A stretch of DNA of 64,000 bases from the IMG/VR virus record IMGVR_UViG_3300045141_000143, positions 4,061-68,060 of that record; one strand, written 5' to 3'. A program made the translations under genes and the position numbers. Origin of the DNA: a virus. Below, one piece after another: positions 1-8,780 of this stretch. The stretch's first letter is position 1. Each line of letters starts with the position of its first letter. The notes under the pieces are model-generated. The model made no database searches and had not been told where the DNA came from. It saw only the letters and a list, made by a program, of their open reading frames with translations.

Positions 1-1
1 G

Positions 2-181
2 ATGGTGCGCGCCGAGGCTGTTGAAGGTCGCCGGTGGATCACTGACCACATACCGGGCGAGCGGTTCATCACTCGCGCGGAGTGGGCAATCGCCCGAACT
101 GCCCTGGTCGAGAAGGGGCTGCTGACGCTGATCGGCGGCATCACGATGGCCGGTCGCGAAGCACTGGGAGACGAGACATGA
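2..181 (+). CDS. Partial hypothetical protein (5' end probably outside window)
   Basis: Open frame from window edge (..WAIARTALVEKGLLTLIGGITMAGREALG..); TGA overlaps next ATG (ATGA at 178-181). Confidence 0.55.
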   Translation: MVRAEAVEGRRWITDHIPGERFITRAEWAIARTALVEKGLLTLIGGITMAGREALGDET

Positions 182-561
182 ACTCGCAATCGTTGGAGGC
201 CGGACTGGCACAGTTCACCGGCACCGAAAACTACACGAGGCACGGTCTGATGCGCGATCTGCTGATGACCGACGGCGTTGTGTTCCTGGCCAACGAGGCC
301 GGGGCACACTGGCTGACGGACATCGTGGGCTCGCACCTGATGACGAACAAGACGCTGCGGGGCGAGGAGTTCCAGTGCTGGACGCTGGTGAAGACGGGCA
401 CCGCAGCCCGCGTGTTCGCCACGGACGGCAACGAGACGGAACTGGTCTCGCAAGACATCGAGTTCACCGACTTCCCACTCGACGAGGTCAAGCTGTTTTG
501 CAGCAAGGCCGCGGAGTTCGGGCCGAAGTCGTGGGTTCTCATGCTCACGTCGGAGTACTGA
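178..561 (+). CDS. DUF6876-family protein
   Basis: LAQFTGTENY..H..LMTDGV.FLA..AGAHWL.D..FQ.W.L..DGN..QDIEFTDFPL..KL..LML.SEY pattern. Confidence 0.8.
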   Translation: MNSQSLEAGLAQFTGTENYTRHGLMRDLLMTDGVVFLANEAGAHWLTDIVGSHLMTNKTLRGEEFQCWTLVKTGTAARVFATDGNETELVSQDIEFTDFPLDEVKLFCSKAAEFGPKSWVLMLTSEY

Positions 562-563
562 CG

Positions 564-998
564 ATGGGATGGTTAGTGTTGAACGGCCCGATACCCTACG
601 GCTACACGCGAGATGAGTATCTCCGCAGGGAAATCGAGGATCTGTCGTCCCAGGCTCGTGCCAGGGGCTGCAAGAACGAGGTGATAGCTTCGGCTTTCGT
701 TGGCAGCGTCTGGTATGCCGCAGTGCATGTCATCAGGCCATCGGACACCGGGCACTCGATCGATTGCACCACTGCCCTGGTCTATCTGACGCAAGGCACC
801 GCGAAGGCCGGCTTCGGATACAAGGACATGGACGAGACGATGGGGCCGGTAGAGGCTCAGTGCCCCGTCAAGATCCTCGACATGCTGTCGCCGGTCCACA
901 ACCTGGGCGCTGGCGAACAGGGGGCAAAATGGGCAAGCGAATGGCGGGCACGGTGCCGCGTCTACGCAAGCCTGCCACGAGGAAGGAGGGCGTCATGA
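564..998 (+). CDS. DUF6927-family protein
   Basis: MGW start, WYAAV, FGYKDMDETMGP..CP..ILD.LS, W..EWR.RC motifs. Confidence 0.8.
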   Translation: MGWLVLNGPIPYGYTRDEYLRREIEDLSSQARARGCKNEVIASAFVGSVWYAAVHVIRPSDTGHSIDCTTALVYLTQGTAKAGFGYKDMDETMGPVEAQCPVKILDMLSPVHNLGAGEQGAKWASEWRARCRVYASLPRGRRAS

Positions 999-1183
999 CG
1001 GTCTCGGACGTCTTCCACAACACCGACTGGAAGCTGCTGTCGAAGCAGAAGCTGCACCTGATCTCCGCGTGCAATCGCTTCGAGGAACTCGAAGGGCTGC
1101 TGAACTGGATCGACAGCATACAGGAAGCAGCCGAGGACGCTGGCTTCCCGGTCGTGTGGCTGACTACGGGAGAGGACAAATGA
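995..1183 (+). CDS. Small hypothetical protein
   Basis: AGGAGG RBS, ATGA coupling at both ends. Confidence 0.7.
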   Translation: MTVSDVFHNTDWKLLSKQKLHLISACNRFEELEGLLNWIDSIQEAAEDAGFPVVWLTTGEDK

Positions 1184-1365
1184 ACGAGCGTTGGCAATGC
1201 AACTGCGGATCGGGCCTCGACAAGCGAGACCTGAAGGATGCACGCGGCATCTTCTGCACCTTCGTCTGCGACAAGTGCGAGCAGCGGAAGCGCAGACAAT
1301 TCCGCGCGGACATCTTCGAGGATGCCTCCTACTGGCACGATGAGCCCATCGAGGAGGACGAGTGA
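1180..1365 (+). CDS. Small Cys-rich (Zn-binding) phage protein
   Basis: CxCGSG..DARGIFC..VCDKC..DEPIEED; coupled to neighbours. Confidence 0.75.
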   Translation: MNERWQCNCGSGLDKRDLKDARGIFCTFVCDKCEQRKRRQFRADIFEDASYWHDEPIEEDE

Positions 1366-1682
1366 TGGTCGAGGAGTGGAACGTCACCAAGTTCTGCCGG
1401 GAGTGCGGCAAGCGGATGATAATCGATGATGACGGCATCGCGTATCACTTGCGGGAGGCACCGGCTGGCACTGCCGATGAAGTAGACCACGATGCGGATC
1501 GGCATCACGTTGCTCTCGATGACACCGAGGGCGAACTGACCTGCGACGTTCCGCTCACCGAGTTGGAATGCAGGGTGCTGACGCAACTCGTGTGGAACAC
1601 AACGAGCGACAAGTTCCCGGAACTGACACGCGATGTAGCCGTCAAGCTGCTCGACAAGTTCCGGGGCAATTACTTCAGCTGA
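1362..1682 (+). CDS. Hypothetical protein with N-terminal CxxC
   Basis: Coupled ORF, GGAGG RBS. Confidence 0.6.
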   Translation: MMVEEWNVTKFCRECGKRMIIDDDGIAYHLREAPAGTADEVDHDADRHHVALDDTEGELTCDVPLTELECRVLTQLVWNTTSDKFPELTRDVAVKLLDKFRGNYFS

Positions 1683-1778
1683 CGTTGAGGATGGGGATGC
1701 AGTGTGATGCACACTGCATCTCTATGCACAACGTGCAGAACGTCAGTGATCCTGCTGGCGTAACACCAGGAGCCAATC

Positions 1779-2891
1779 ATGGCTGCTACGAAGAAGAAGG
1801 CGGCACGCAAACCCTCGCGTGCTTTGAACGCTGCCAAGCCACCGAAGAAGGCGGCGAACGGCGTGGAAAAGGTGAAGCCGGAGCCGAAGGCGCCAGTGTG
1901 GGAGACCATGCTGCTGCCGGTGCCGTTGCTGATGGCGGCCGAGAGCATCGCCGCGAAGGCCGACAAAGAGCGGGTCGGACTACAAGGCGTTATGCTTCAC
2001 CAGAAGGACGGTGGCGCAGGGCGGATCGTCGGCAGCGACGGAACGCGGCTGTTCGTCGGTTCCTTCCCGGTGGGGTCGAAGCCTCCGACCTGGCTCAAGA
2101 CTGGTTTGGTGCTGCCTCGTGAAGACCTGAAGGCCCGCGTGAACATGATCGCAAAGGTCGCCGGGAGTGAGGTCCAGATCAAGCACGCCAAAGGGGAAGC
2201 CTTCGCCTTCCTGAGCGACACCAACGACACCATGCTGTTTCGAGTGCAGTGCGGCGAGGTGACGGCGTTCCCTCCCTACGAGAACGTCTTCAACATCCAG
2301 TCGTTCTCCGACATGACGGAAGAGGGCGACATGGTGGAGAAGCGCGAATGGGAGCCGGTCGGCTTCAACTCGCGTCACCTGAAGCACGTTGGCGAGGTGG
2401 CCAAGATCCTCGAAGCGGGTATGCCGAAAGACAGCCGGGAAAAGAACGGCATGACGATCCGGGTGTTCGACAACGGGGAGCCGAGTGCGCCTCGCGTATT
2501 CGACTTCGTCGGATGGCCTGGTGCTCTGCTTGTGATCGCTGCGGTGCAGCTGACACAGACGGTGCTGCCGTTGCAGACCGCCAAGCTGCTCGCCCCGGCG
2601 GTCAAGCTGACACTGGCTGCGCTGCGGGCTCACGCAACCCGCTGGCTGGATGCGGCAACGAAGGCTGACGGCGAGGTCGCCAAGGCAGCTTGCTTGGCCA
2701 AGGCCCGAGGCTTCCAGGAGCGCGTAGCGGCTATCCTGGCGGTGACGCCTGATCTGGCTTCACCCGCGATCGGCACCGACGCCAAGCCGGAGCCGGAAGC
2801 TGAGGCAGAAGCCGAGCCAGTCCTGACGCGGGCTGAGAAGGCGGCTGCGACACGCAAGCGCAAGCAGGCTGCTGGCGCGACCGTGCACTAA
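1779..2891 (+). CDS. DNA sliding-clamp (Pol III beta)-like fold protein with Lys/Ala-rich tails
   Basis: IVGSDGTRLF, FPPYENVF and VGFNSRHL resemble clamp motifs ATDG.RL, YP.Y..V and IGFN..YL. Confidence 0.5.
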   Translation: MAATKKKAARKPSRALNAAKPPKKAANGVEKVKPEPKAPVWETMLLPVPLLMAAESIAAKADKERVGLQGVMLHQKDGGAGRIVGSDGTRLFVGSFPVGSKPPTWLKTGLVLPREDLKARVNMIAKVAGSEVQIKHAKGEAFAFLSDTNDTMLFRVQCGEVTAFPPYENVFNIQSFSDMTEEGDMVEKREWEPVGFNSRHLKHVGEVAKILEAGMPKDSREKNGMTIRVFDNGEPSAPRVFDFVGWPGALLVIAAVQLTQTVLPLQTAKLLAPAVKLTLAALRAHATRWLDAATKADGEVAKAACLAKARGFQERVAAILAVTPDLASPAIGTDAKPEPEAEAEAEPVLTRAEKAAATRKRKQAAGATVH

Positions 2892-2901
2892 GCGGGGAAC
2901 A

Positions 2902-2933
2902 GGGATGCGGCCAGTGGAGGTTGGCCGCATCCC
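2902..2933. terminator. Intergenic 12-bp stem-loop (no U-tract)
   Basis: GGGATGCGGCCA-N8-TGGCCGCATCCC. Confidence 0.5.
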
Positions 2934-3031
2934 CCGCCGACTGGTCTTGCACCAGGTCGGCACGCTGGCTGCGCACCCGCGGTTCGCGGTGGCGTTATAG
3001 TGCGTTTCGCACATTCCTAACAGGGGGACAA

Positions 3032-3895
3032 ATGACAGTCATCGGGACTGGCATAAGTTGGACGAACTCAACGTGGGGCCTCGCAACAGGATGCGACAAA
3101 GTGTCCGCCGGTTGTGACCACTGCTACGCTGAGGAGATCGTGGGTCGCTGGGACTTCGGTCACACCTTCGATCAAGTGAAGCTCCACCTCGAAAGACTAC
3201 CTCACGTCAGACGGTTCAAGCCGTTGCCTGATGGTCAGGGCGGCTTCAACCCGCACATGGTCTTCGTCAACAGCATGAGCGACTTCTGGCACGATGCAAT
3301 CTCCAACGAGGTCATCTATCAGATCCTCGATGTGATGGAGGCCAACCGGCACGTTGTGTTCCAGATCCTCACGAAGCGGCCGATCAGAGCCCGCAGGCTG
3401 CTGACTGGTCGTTACGGCGGCAAGGGCATACCGTCACACATCTGGATCGGCGTATCGGCTGAGGATAACCGGGTGGCCAAGCGGCTAGACATCATGCGGA
3501 CGATTAAGCAGCGCTGTGGTGGCGGGACGTTCTTTGTCAGCGTAGAGCCCATCGTCGGGCCTACAGATCAGATCGACTTCGCTGACATGGACTGGATCAT
3601 CACCGGGGGCGAAAGCGGGCCAAAGGCACGGACGATGGAACGACCGTGGCTGATGAGTGTGCTGGACACGCAGACTGCGCCGATCTGGCACAAGCAGAGC
3701 GGCACTGTGCGAAGCCACCCGAACATCGACAAAGTCCCAAGCCGCTACCTCAAACCTGCCGATCAGTTCCGCTGGCTCCGCGACAACGGATGGGAGCTGC
3801 TGCCGCAAGAGAAAGGCGGCGCCACGGCGGATCGGATGACGTGGCGGCATCTGCCGCAAGCCTACTACGACCTGAAACAAGCAATGGCTGCGTGA
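3032..3895 (+). CDS. DUF5131 (phage Gp37/Gp68) three-Cys radical-SAM-like protein
   Basis: ISWTNSTW..TGCDKVSAGCDHCYAE, VFVNSMSDFWH, FQILTKRP, IWIGVSAED, FVSVEP, WIITGGESG. Confidence 0.92.
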   Translation: MTVIGTGISWTNSTWGLATGCDKVSAGCDHCYAEEIVGRWDFGHTFDQVKLHLERLPHVRRFKPLPDGQGGFNPHMVFVNSMSDFWHDAISNEVIYQILDVMEANRHVVFQILTKRPIRARRLLTGRYGGKGIPSHIWIGVSAEDNRVAKRLDIMRTIKQRCGGGTFFVSVEPIVGPTDQIDFADMDWIITGGESGPKARTMERPWLMSVLDTQTAPIWHKQSGTVRSHPNIDKVPSRYLKPADQFRWLRDNGWELLPQEKGGATADRMTWRHLPQAYYDLKQAMAA

Positions 3896-3907
3896 TTGGA
3901 GAAATCA

Positions 3908-4207
3908 ATGAGCGACGAACTATTGGTAGACATCGGCATGATGCTGGCGGCGCTACCCCGCCCAATGAACTCGGACGAAGTGAGACGGTTCGCAAACGAT
4001 CTGGTGAACAAATCCGTGGATCAATCGCCTCTGTCCATCGCCTCACTGGCTTGGATCGAACTAGAACCGCGAGGAGGCAACCTGGACCAAGCTGAAGCTC
4101 TGGCGACAGCCGTCCTCAATGTCGTGGACCCGAAGAGAGGTCTCTCACTGAGTGCGGCACGAAAGATCATCGGAGCTATCTGGGCTGGCACCACGCTGAT
4201 GAAGTGA
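3908..4207 (+). CDS. Hypothetical protein
   Basis: GGAGA RBS then ATG. Confidence 0.6.
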   Translation: MSDELLVDIGMMLAALPRPMNSDEVRRFANDLVNKSVDQSPLSIASLAWIELEPRGGNLDQAEALATAVLNVVDPKRGLSLSAARKIIGAIWAGTTLMK

Positions 4208-4216
4208 AGCACCGAA

Positions 4217-4240
4217 CAGGAGGCGAGCAATCGCCTCCTG
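4217..4240. terminator. Perfect 10-bp stem with GCAA tetraloop
   Basis: CAGGAGGCGA-GCAA-TCGCCTCCTG in intergenic gap. Confidence 0.55.
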
Positions 4241-4304
4241 ATCCGTGCCTCACAGCACGTCGGGCCGGCGATACCCGGCAACTGCGCATTTGGAGAAATG
4301 CAAC

Positions 4305-5018
4305 ATGGCTACGAAGACGAAGAAGAAGGCTGCGGCCACACCGCCGCAGCCGGTCGAGCCTGAGTCGCGGGAAGCGGTGCTGGCTGCGATCGTCAAGCTC
4401 TGCGATCGGTTTGATCGCCAGATGCTTGAGACTCGTGGTGAGACGATGAACCTGGCCTTCGGCCACTACGGCAGGAACACCCCGATGGGCGATCTCCGCG
4501 ATGAGATGCGGGCGCTGGACATCGTGCTGGACAAGTTCCTGACCGCCGAGGAGGACGCGCAGGACATCGTGCTCAAGGCGATCTCCATCGAGCCGGGGAT
4601 CGTTCCAACCTGGTCGCGGGCGGGCACGTTCCTGATCTGGATGGGCAAGACGCCCTTCCGGTGCGAGTGGGGCGGCTTTCCCTACCCGTACGCCAGCTTC
4701 GCAGCAGCCGACCCACGGATGCCGTTCCCAAGCTCCGATGGTGTGATGCGATGCACGACGGTCATTGAGCGTATGCAGAGGACGCCGGCCGATGTCTGCC
4801 GTTCTGATCTGCTGGTGTCTTCGCAAAGGATCAGCTGGAGACGAAACAAGAAGGAACCGACCTTCAGCTTCGTCCCGCTGGACCCTGCTACCCGAGCAGA
4901 CGTAACGTCCTATCGGGACAGTAACGAATGGCTACGCAAGGCCATCGCGAAAGGCCCTGTTGAGCCAATCCCGATGCCGGATCATCTGCACGCGATCCCG
5001 CTGGCTCTCGCTTTCTAA
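4305..5018 (+). CDS. Hypothetical protein, possibly KlcB-like
   Basis: PGIVPTWSRAGTFLI recalls the VP.WGQ.G.FLI motif of plasmid KlcB-like proteins (from memory). Confidence 0.55.
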   Translation: MATKTKKKAAATPPQPVEPESREAVLAAIVKLCDRFDRQMLETRGETMNLAFGHYGRNTPMGDLRDEMRALDIVLDKFLTAEEDAQDIVLKAISIEPGIVPTWSRAGTFLIWMGKTPFRCEWGGFPYPYASFAAADPRMPFPSSDGVMRCTTVIERMQRTPADVCRSDLLVSSQRISWRRNKKEPTFSFVPLDPATRADVTSYRDSNEWLRKAIAKGPVEPIPMPDHLHAIPLALAF

Positions 5019-5079
5019 ACCGCCTGCCGTTGTGGCCGGGACGTTCCCGGTCACAACGCTGCGCATTGGAGAACTACAA

Positions 5080-5529
5080 ATGAGCGAGGATCTCATCACC
5101 ATCGGCAACGATGGTCAGACGATCACCAACACGGACTACTGGCAGCACCCATACGCCGCAAAAGGCTTGTTCTTCCTATCGACCAACGCCGGATGCCTGC
5201 GTCTGCTTGTGCCCCAGCCGCATGTCCACCTGATACCGGAGATGACCAACAACGTCCGCGAGGTCGTGCTGACCAGGGGGAAGATGGAGGGCAAAGACGA
5301 CGTGGTCGAGATCATGTTCGAGGACGGAAGTGACGCGCCGTTCAGCCTGCATCTCGATCCCGGCCAGCTTGATCGGCGATGGACCAAGCAGGACGAAGGG
5401 TCGCAGTGCGTCTTTGCGGTCTACACAGAGGGACCAGCCAAGGTCGCTGAGTTCACGCGCTGCTTCCTCCGACGGGCGTCGCGCCTGCCGCACATGAAGC
5501 CCTGGAAGGGGAGTGAGCGCCATGAGTGA
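5080..5529 (+). CDS. Conserved mobile-element protein (possibly CcgAII-like)
   Basis: I.NDGQ.I..TDYW...A.KGLFFLS.NAGCLRLLVP..EIMFEDGSDAPF.LHL...Q.DR pattern; family name recalled, unverified. Confidence 0.6.
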   Translation: MSEDLITIGNDGQTITNTDYWQHPYAAKGLFFLSTNAGCLRLLVPQPHVHLIPEMTNNVREVVLTRGKMEGKDDVVEIMFEDGSDAPFSLHLDPGQLDRRWTKQDEGSQCVFAVYTEGPAKVAEFTRCFLRRASRLPHMKPWKGSERHE

Positions 5530-5770
5530 CGATGCAGAACGTGCACGCCTGCGGGCGCTGCCAGTCACACGAACCACCAAGCTGCTCGTCATGAACAGCG
5601 GCGTTAGGGAGTGGGTGAGCAACGGACGCTTGTTCACCGTGATCGGCAAGCCACGCCCGCACCGCATCGATGAGGATGATCCGTCTATCTACGGCCACCA
5701 GCTGCTGGGCCACGAAGGCGAGCGTGCCTGGATGGTGACTGTGGAGATCAGGGGAGATCAGGGAAGGTAG
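5522..5770 (+). CDS. Hypothetical protein
   Basis: Overlaps upstream stop; last gene of + strand block. Confidence 0.55.
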   Translation: MSDDAERARLRALPVTRTTKLLVMNSGVREWVSNGRLFTVIGKPRPHRIDEDDPSIYGHQLLGHEGERAWMVTVEIRGDQGR

Positions 5771-6072
5771 TTGACCTCGATGCCGCCAACACGCGCGATG
5801 ATCTTGCGCGCTGTTGGCGCATCAACGCCGCTGGCGATCACGCACACCGGCATCCAAGTTTCATCGACGCCCTCAACGTCGAACCACGGCGCGAAAGGGT
5901 CGGTCTTGCCCGCCACATACACCTGCATCTCGTTGTTGCGCACCAACCGATAGCGGTTCGTCGCTGCCAGGACGACGGGAGCAGGCGGTGTGGGGTTAGG
6001 CGACCACGCGACTGCGACCGGCTCCGGCTCCGCGAACAGCGAGAGCTGAGGTTTAAGCCTCGCCGTCGGCAC
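5758..6072 (-). CDS. Hypothetical protein (start uncertain, GTG)
   Basis: Last ORF of - strand operon; QLSLF motif. Confidence 0.5.
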   Translation of the reverse strand: MPTARLKPQLSLFAEPEPVAVAWSPNPTPPAPVVLAATNRYRLVRNNEMQVYVAGKTDPFAPWFDVEGVDETWMPVCVIASGVDAPTARKIIARVGGIEVNYLP

Positions 6073-6721
6073 GCGCCTGCCACGCCGCGAGATAGGCTTC
6101 CTGGAACGCCTGGATCGACGCGAACCACTGCCCGTTTGGCTCCAGTATCGAGCCGTCCGGTCCCATGTGACCCCACCACGCATTGCCCGCTGGCGTCTCC
6201 AGCAGCAGCGCCGTCGATGTCTCCGGGCTGCCAGCGATGCGCCACGCCGTGACATACATCTGCTTGATCCAGCAATTGTCATGCGACGGGCCAGCGGTCG
6301 CATCGCGCGGCTCGATGGAAACGACCATGTGCTGCGCGGCCGCGGGCACGTAGTGGGCTGGCTCATTGACGATGATCGACGAGGCACTCGCCACACCAAT
6401 CGAGCAGTTCACCGGGCTCGACAACTGCACCGAGAACGACTCGTCCTGCTCGAAGACCGTGTCGCCAGAGACAGCAACGATGATCTGCGCCGTGGCCTCC
6501 CCGACATCGAAGGTGATGACGCCAGACGGCAGCACGCCGCCAACAAAGTCCTCCGGCTGGGTGTCGCCGGCGAGGACTGCCCACGCAGCACTCGACACAC
6601 CCGACTGATCCCCTGACCGCGTCACCGTGAAGGTGAACAGGGTGTCGCCAGTGTCGCCCTCGACTTTCGCCGTCTGGTCCGCCGCTATGTCGATCCGGGG
6701 TGTCGGTGCTCTGCCGCTCAT
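6053..6721 (-). CDS. Calx-beta domain protein
   Basis: EGDTG..FTFTVTRSGD..DFVGGVLPSGVITF..GE..I.VAVSGDTVFEQDESFSVQLS.P..IVNE. Confidence 0.88.
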   Translation of the reverse strand: MSGRAPTPRIDIAADQTAKVEGDTGDTLFTFTVTRSGDQSGVSSAAWAVLAGDTQPEDFVGGVLPSGVITFDVGEATAQIIVAVSGDTVFEQDESFSVQLSSPVNCSIGVASASSIIVNEPAHYVPAAAQHMVVSIEPRDATAGPSHDNCWIKQMYVTAWRIAGSPETSTALLLETPAGNAWWGHMGPDGSILEPNGQWFASIQAFQEAYLAAWQARADGEA

Positions 6722-7350
6722 TGGTTCTCGTCCCCTCGCAGCACCAGGCCGATGTATGTGACCCGCGATCCCTTGTTGCCCGTCGCCTGCCATCGCTTGA
6801 CGATGGTCACGCGCATCATCCGGCACACTTCCCCCAACGCCCTCTCGATCAGATCGCTGCGCGCCGCTCCCATACCAGGGAGATGCGTCTTCACGCGCGC
6901 CAGCTTCGCCATCGCCTTGCCGAGCCCGCCCATGTTCATCTTCAACCCGAGCCCTTCGGTCAGCACCACGCCGATGATCTCCTTTGGCTCGACAGGCCTC
7001 CTCGCGGCTATTAGGTAGAGCTGCTCCCACGGAGACCCGTGAGCATCGAGGTCGAAGATGTTGTAATCCCGCAGATCGATCGCACGCAGCACGCGCCGGT
7101 TATCAGCCTTCGCGAAGGCCATACGTTGGTCGTCTGGATACCAGGCGGTGTTGTCGCAACCGACATATTTGCCAGCGCGGGACCACACCGCTTTGAACAT
7201 CTCGCCTTCACCAGCGAACGCATCGAACACCGACGCGGCCTCCGCGCCGATCTCGTCCAGCACGCTGCCACGGATCTTGGCCTTCGCTGGCGCAGCCGCC
7301 TTCGAGTTGTCGCGCTTGCCGTAGCGCAGCAGGTCTTGCGAGATGTCCAT
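6718..7350 (-). CDS. SAM-dependent methyltransferase-like protein
   Basis: VFDAFAGEGEM motif I, YVGCD, IFDLDAHGSPW. Confidence 0.7.
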   Translation of the reverse strand: MDISQDLLRYGKRDNSKAAAPAKAKIRGSVLDEIGAEAASVFDAFAGEGEMFKAVWSRAGKYVGCDNTAWYPDDQRMAFAKADNRRVLRAIDLRDYNIFDLDAHGSPWEQLYLIAARRPVEPKEIIGVVLTEGLGLKMNMGGLGKAMAKLARVKTHLPGMGAARSDLIERALGEVCRMMRVTIVKRWQATGNKGSRVTYIGLVLRGDENQ

Positions 7351-7910
7351 CAGGCAGTCTCGAAGTAGAACAGTTCGCTCTCGACGCTGGTAGGCACCAG
7401 GGCGATCACGTCGTGATGGATCTTGCAGACGTAGGCTCCCTCCTTTGCCTTCGCCTTTACCTGATCGAACGTCGGACAGGCCGGATGTGGCGTGTCCGGC
7501 ATGAAGCAATGCGCGTCATCGATCAGAACGAAATGTGCATACGGCGACGCATTGATGGCGGCGAGTTCCTCAAGCACTGGCCAGTCGTCCTTCTCGCCGA
7601 ACAATCCTGGCGCTGCGTGCGCGTCGAGCCAGAACAGCGCGGGTCCGTCGAGCGATGCCACGACCCCTGGCAGCACTGCCCGCGTGTCGCCTGTGAAGAA
7701 TTCGACGTTGCTATGCTCGGCGCAGGCAGCAAGCGCAGCATCTTGGAACTCCAGGCTGCTGTCGATCGTCACGACACGCCTGAAACGCTGTGCCGCCCAG
7801 AGCGTACTCTCCCCCTCGAAAGTTCCCGTCTCGACCAGGGTCGTCATGCCGTAGCGCCGCTGCAGGTGTTCGACGAAACTGGCAATCGGGGCGTGACTCA
7901 GCGTTGTCAT
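7350..7910 (-). CDS. Class I SAM-dependent methyltransferase-like protein
   Basis: LVETGTFEGEST, VVTID, FFTGD, LFWLDAH, VLIDD. Confidence 0.8.
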   Translation of the reverse strand: MTTLSHAPIASFVEHLQRRYGMTTLVETGTFEGESTLWAAQRFRRVVTIDSSLEFQDAALAACAEHSNVEFFTGDTRAVLPGVVASLDGPALFWLDAHAAPGLFGEKDDWPVLEELAAINASPYAHFVLIDDAHCFMPDTPHPACPTFDQVKAKAKEGAYVCKIHHDVIALVPTSVESELFYFETA

Positions 7911-8170
7911 CGGTCTCTCGCTCCCAGCAGCGCCCGCACATGCGCGGTCCGCAAGTCGCGCTCGGCAAGCAGCTTATCGATGAGGGCCTGCTGCACGCCG
8001 GTCCTACGCACGAGGCGGTCTCGCTCCTCCTCAGCCGCCTGTAGTTGCCGGTTGATCTCATCCGCCGCCTGCTCGGCCAGACACACCGCTTCTCGGTGAA
8101 CGTGATAGCTCACGCTGACCTGCGGCGCGGCGCTGACTATCTGCGCCTGGTCGCATTTTTCATCGTTCAT
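7907..8170 (-). CDS. Hypothetical coiled-coil protein
   Basis: Coupled ORF within operon. Confidence 0.6.
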   Translation of the reverse strand: MNDEKCDQAQIVSAAPQVSVSYHVHREAVCLAEQAADEINRQLQAAEEERDRLVRRTGVQQALIDKLLAERDLRTAHVRALLGARDR

Positions 8171-8171
8171 C

Positions 8172-8780
8172 TCAGGTGTCCTCCACCGTGCCGATCTCCA
8201 CCGTGATCGCCGGATACTCGACGAGCAGTTCCTTCATGCGCTGCAGCACGACAGCCTGTTCCGCGAGCGGCCCGCGCACCGCCAGCCAGAAATGGTCGGT
8301 CACGTTGGAGGTCTCGATCTCGTAGACTTCGATGTCGTCCACGCCGGTCTGATCGAACAGCTTGCTGGCCTCCTCGACGGAATAGCCGGTCGCAAGCCAG
8401 TCGCCCTCGCTGATGTCTTTCATCAGGTCGGCGACGCGCCGGTCATCCAGTTCGGACAGCGCGGCCAGGCGGTCGTCGGCCAGCATGATCCGGTCCGCGG
8501 CGTGCTGGTCGACATCGAGGAACAGCACCGCGATTTCCGTCCAGCCGAGACGGCGCGCGGCGGTATGCACCCCATGTCCGGCTATCAGCATCCGGTTGGC
8601 CTTGCGCGCTAGCAGCGGCCGCGTCTGCCGGTCCAGCCGCAGCGCCGCCATCAGGCGGTTGATCTGGTCTTCGCTGTGCTTGTTCGGGTTCTTCGGGTTC
8701 GGCCGCAAGTCGCCGATCGGCACCAGCTCCACGATAGGAGCCTCGCGGGTGGCAGGCGACAGCGTAGCAGCGCGGGCCAT
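8172..8780 (-). CDS. ParB/Sulfiredoxin N-terminal domain protein
   Basis: VPIGDLRPNPKNPNKH..Q..L..PLL..LIAGHG...AA..LGW..I.V..LADDRLA. Confidence 0.88.
   Translation of the reverse strand: MARAATLSPATREAPIVELVPIGDLRPNPKNPNKHSEDQINRLMAALRLDRQTRPLLARKANRMLIAGHGVHTAARRLGWTEIAVLFLDVDQHAADRIMLADDRLAALSELDDRRVADLMKDISEGDWLATGYSVEEASKLFDQTGVDDIEVYEIETSNVTDHFWLAVRGPLAEQAVVLQRMKELLVEYPAITVEIGTVEDT

Noticed and set aside
8172-8780. ParB as plasmid partition protein
   Set aside because: No HTH domain or ParA partner; resembles the ParB-N type found with phage methyltransferases
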